Source: Mytilus edulis (taxonomy: Eukaryota). Taken from it: 64,000 nucleotides of DNA. Shown one piece after another: positions 61,105-64,000 of this stretch. Every line of letters begins with the position of its first letter. The first letter of the stretch is position 1. The stretch spans positions 38,874,001 to 38,938,000 of the forward strand of contig NC_092355.1 in NCBI RefSeq assembly GCF_963676685.1, read 5' to 3'. Under the pieces are notes generated by a model, which did no database searches, had not been told where the DNA came from, and saw nothing but the letters and a program-made list of their open reading frames with translations. Position numbers and translations under genes: made by a program.

Positions 61105-63144
61105 TAGTTTTGTTACTTAAACTGATTTGTAAATTATAAGGACACCTATGTATTGTTGAAAATAAACAAGAAGATGAAGACTGTTTTTTTTGCTCTACTT
61201 TTCCTTTGATTTTTTTGACAGGGGTTGCAGTTTGTTGCCAATCATGATAATATATTTTAAAATCATAGTTCTGTCCCTAATGACATCATTAATTAAAAGC
61301 TTTATTTGCTGTAGCGCAATATAATATGTTGTTGTACGCTATAACTGTTACTGCCGTTCTGCATTGTTTGGATAATGTCCTCCTCGGAATTGAGAGGCCC
61401 CGCTGTTTCATCAAGCCAGTCCCACACCCCAATTGTCCGAAACCCCATTGGTTTGACACCCTAATAGAGTACTAGTACGACACCCCATAAGTCCGACATC
61501 CATACAATATTGTTTTGTGCTATTTTGATACTGTCCCGAAGAAGTGAGGTCGTCCCGCTATTCTGAAACCCCTTTAGTTTGAAACACTATTGGATCGACA
61601 CCCCATTTGTCCGAAAACCCAATAGTCCGACACCACATGAGTCCAACCGCCTATTGGTTCGACACTCATTTTGACCGATATCCCAATAGTCAGTCACCCT
61701 ATGCATATGTCCGACAACCAATAGTTCTACAACCCCGAAATCCGACATCCCATTGGTTCGACACCTCATTTGCCCGACAACCCATTAATCCGACATCTCA
61801 TAAGTCCGACACAAGTCGAAATTGAAAATCTGCCTCATTGACAGCACTTCCCATCTGGTGCGACTTATGTAAGAAATGCCATGATAGTATAAATATAAGG
61901 CAATCGAATTCCTCGCAATGTTTTGCTAAACTAGCTCATACATTTAATCTACCATTTTCCACATGATAAAATGCCGGTACCAAGTCTTGAATATGAGAGT
62001 TGTTATCCACTCGTTTGATGTGATTGAGGTTTTGATTTTGCCATTTGATTAGGTTCTTATCGTTTTGAATTTTACTCGGAGTTCAGTATTTTTGTGATTT
62101 TACTTTTTAAGTGTGATCTATCTTTTTATCAAAACACTTTGCTAAAAAATGAATATAATTGATAGTTTTCTTAACGTAAGAAAATCTGGAATGTAACTGA
62201 CAAATGAGATTATAGTGGAGTGGGCAGAATGAGCCAGAGTTCTTAACGTTCAGAGACTGGGATCGTGGCTTTCTCTACACAAGGCATCGGATTGTACGCT
62301 TGATAGAACGTTACTGCGTATTCATTCATCTTACACAGCAAAACAGACAGCGACTTTGGCAAAAATTATACTGCCGGTCGAAAAAGATCAAACGTGTACG
62401 TATTTTTATCCCCAAGTTACGCTTACAGGTGATACGCAGTCTCTCGTCGTAAAGAAAAATATCCAGATCGCTTAATACTCTCAGAGACGGTCAACACTGA
62501 AAAGACTATCTTAAATAAAAGAAGCTTATTTTTATCCAATTTCTCTATTTATAATGTATCTACATTGAATTTAAAGATCGAAAACTAAAAACAAAATACA
62601 AATACGAAATATGCATAGTTGTATAATCTATATCATGATCATTTGGTTCCGAAATGAATACTATTAGGATTATTAAAATCAATGATAACGGATGGCATTT
62701 GCCGTCAGAATGGTCTTGAAGCAAACATCTCCTTTAATAATTATATATATATAGATGTAGGAAGATGTGATTTGGGTGCCAATGAGACAACTCTCCATCC
62801 AAGTAACAATTTTACAGCCTTAAATAAAACTAAGCCTTGGCTCACACCGAACAGCAAGCTATAAAGAACCAAAACAAAGTGTAAACCCATTAAAACGGGA
62901 AAACCAAATGTCTAATCTATATAAAACGAGAAACACTTCTGACCCACATAAACATAAAATTAACGTTTGTTTAGCCAAACAAAAATATTAATCATTTAAG
63001 AATAGCTGGTAGTAGTGATTCCAGTTTTGTTTGATAAATTTATTACATATTCATTCAAATAAAAACAAAATAACAATTGATGTTCCATTCACGCCAGCTT
63101 AGCAAATAATTGAGTATCCTTCAATGAACATGGGCGTCAAGTTG

Positions 63145-63394
63145 GTTACCTATTCCCTATTCCCTATTCGTTACCTATTCCCTATTCCCTATTCGTTGCC
63201 TATTCGTTACCTATTCCCTATTCCCTATTCGTTACCTATTCGTTACCTATTCCCTATTCCCTATTCGTTACCTATTCGTTACCTATTCCCTATTCCCTAT
63301 TCGTTGCCTATTCGTTCCCTATTCCCTATTCCCTATTCGTTACCTATTCGTTACCTATTCCCTATTCCCTATTCGTTACCTATTCGTTACTTAT
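63145..63394. repeat. Compound minisatellite, 36-bp higher-order unit built from 7-mers (CCTATTC) and 11-mers (CCTATTCGTTA)
   Basis: Pattern 11+11+7+7; gives the 12-aa periodic ORF RYLFPIPYSLPI. Confidence 0.9.
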
Positions 63395-63439
63395 TTGATT
63401 TTTAATATCCTTCCCCCTTTTTAATTATGGCATGGAATA

Positions 63440-64000
63440 GTTTAATATTGCTGCCGTTACCATGGAAACGGCACAATTGTGAAAAAAATGAGCTTTTTAG
63501 TTTTTGGTGAACTGTTTGGATATGCTTCAACTCAGAATCATCATATTTTAAAACAATGTAGGTGCCCACTATATACAGGTGTTGGATGATTTTGGCGATC
63601 ATTGGAACTACTATGTTGCCATGGAAACTACACCAAAATTTTCAAAATTCTCAAAATGCTCAAAACTTCATGAAACTTCACAGTAATGATGAGCAACATT
63701 GGAGTTGGAATTTCCAAAATAGGTCTTGTTACCATGGAAACAATGCAAAAAGGTCAAAAATTTCAAAAATAAGAATTTTCCGCAAACTGGATGAAACTTT
63801 ACAGGAATGGTAACTGGCATAGGCAGAGTTGGATTTTGAAGTTAGAATTTTCAAAATGGCCGCCGTAACCATGGAAACAGCAAAAATATCAAAAATTCAA
63901 AATGTTCAAACTTAATGAAACTTTGCAAAAATGTTACTAGACATCTGTAGATGCTCTCTTTGACTTTGGAATTGTCAAAATGGCTGTCGCTCACCTGGTA
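63440..64000. repeat. Satellite-like repeat with recurring GTT(A/G)CCATGGAAAC
   Basis: CCATGGAAAC at ~63460, 63619, 63732, 63869, each followed by AAAATT(T)TCAAAA...GAAACTT. Confidence 0.65.

Larger units (their letters stand above)
37280..63120. repeat. Tandem segmental triplication, ~8.4-9.9 kb units each holding one TRIM-like gene
   Basis: Landmark AGTTTGTTAACTCGATAACGTCG at ~37348, ~47240, ~55667. GTGTCAAAGAGAC at ~37659, 47581, 55975. The 16-bp minisatellite and the promoter-side block are each present three times. Boundaries approximate. Confidence 0.9.

Noticed and set aside
63124-63405. Repetitive 93-aa ORF (RYLFPIPYSLPI)n
   Set aside because: By-product of a 36-bp minisatellite; no splice or domain support.

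Overview
AT-rich, repeat-dense, intron-containing animal DNA, not prokaryotic. The repeat families and the RING-less B-box/beta-propeller genes suggest a bivalve mollusc, probably Mytilus-like (inference). Three gene systems can be built by hand with canonical GT-AG splicing and consistent phases. (1) A 12-exon sphingosine-1-phosphate-lyase-family (SGPL1-like) gene on the minus strand, ATG at 15310, running off the left edge. (2) A divergently oriented UNC5CL-like gene on the plus strand with four coding exons (25720-34645, ~692 aa: short N-terminus, TM, ZU5, UPA, death domain). Its ZU5 autoproteolytic HFS motif reads SFT. (3) A tandem array of three ~8-10 kb units, each carrying a single-coding-exon, RING-less TRIM-like gene (2 B-boxes, coiled coil, NHL-like propeller) on the minus strand. 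The left copy is split by one in-frame TAG at the coiled-coil/propeller boundary. The rest is MITEs (TTAA, TA, TTA and CAG target-site duplications), Helitron/Helentron-type elements, SINE and LINE fragments, minisatellites and one 164-N gap. Notable non-coding signals are an intact minimal type I hammerhead ribozyme (46173-46216) with two damaged copies, long palindromes with recurring TC:TC bubbles, a templated 88-bp insertion, and stray copies of SGPL1 exon 2.
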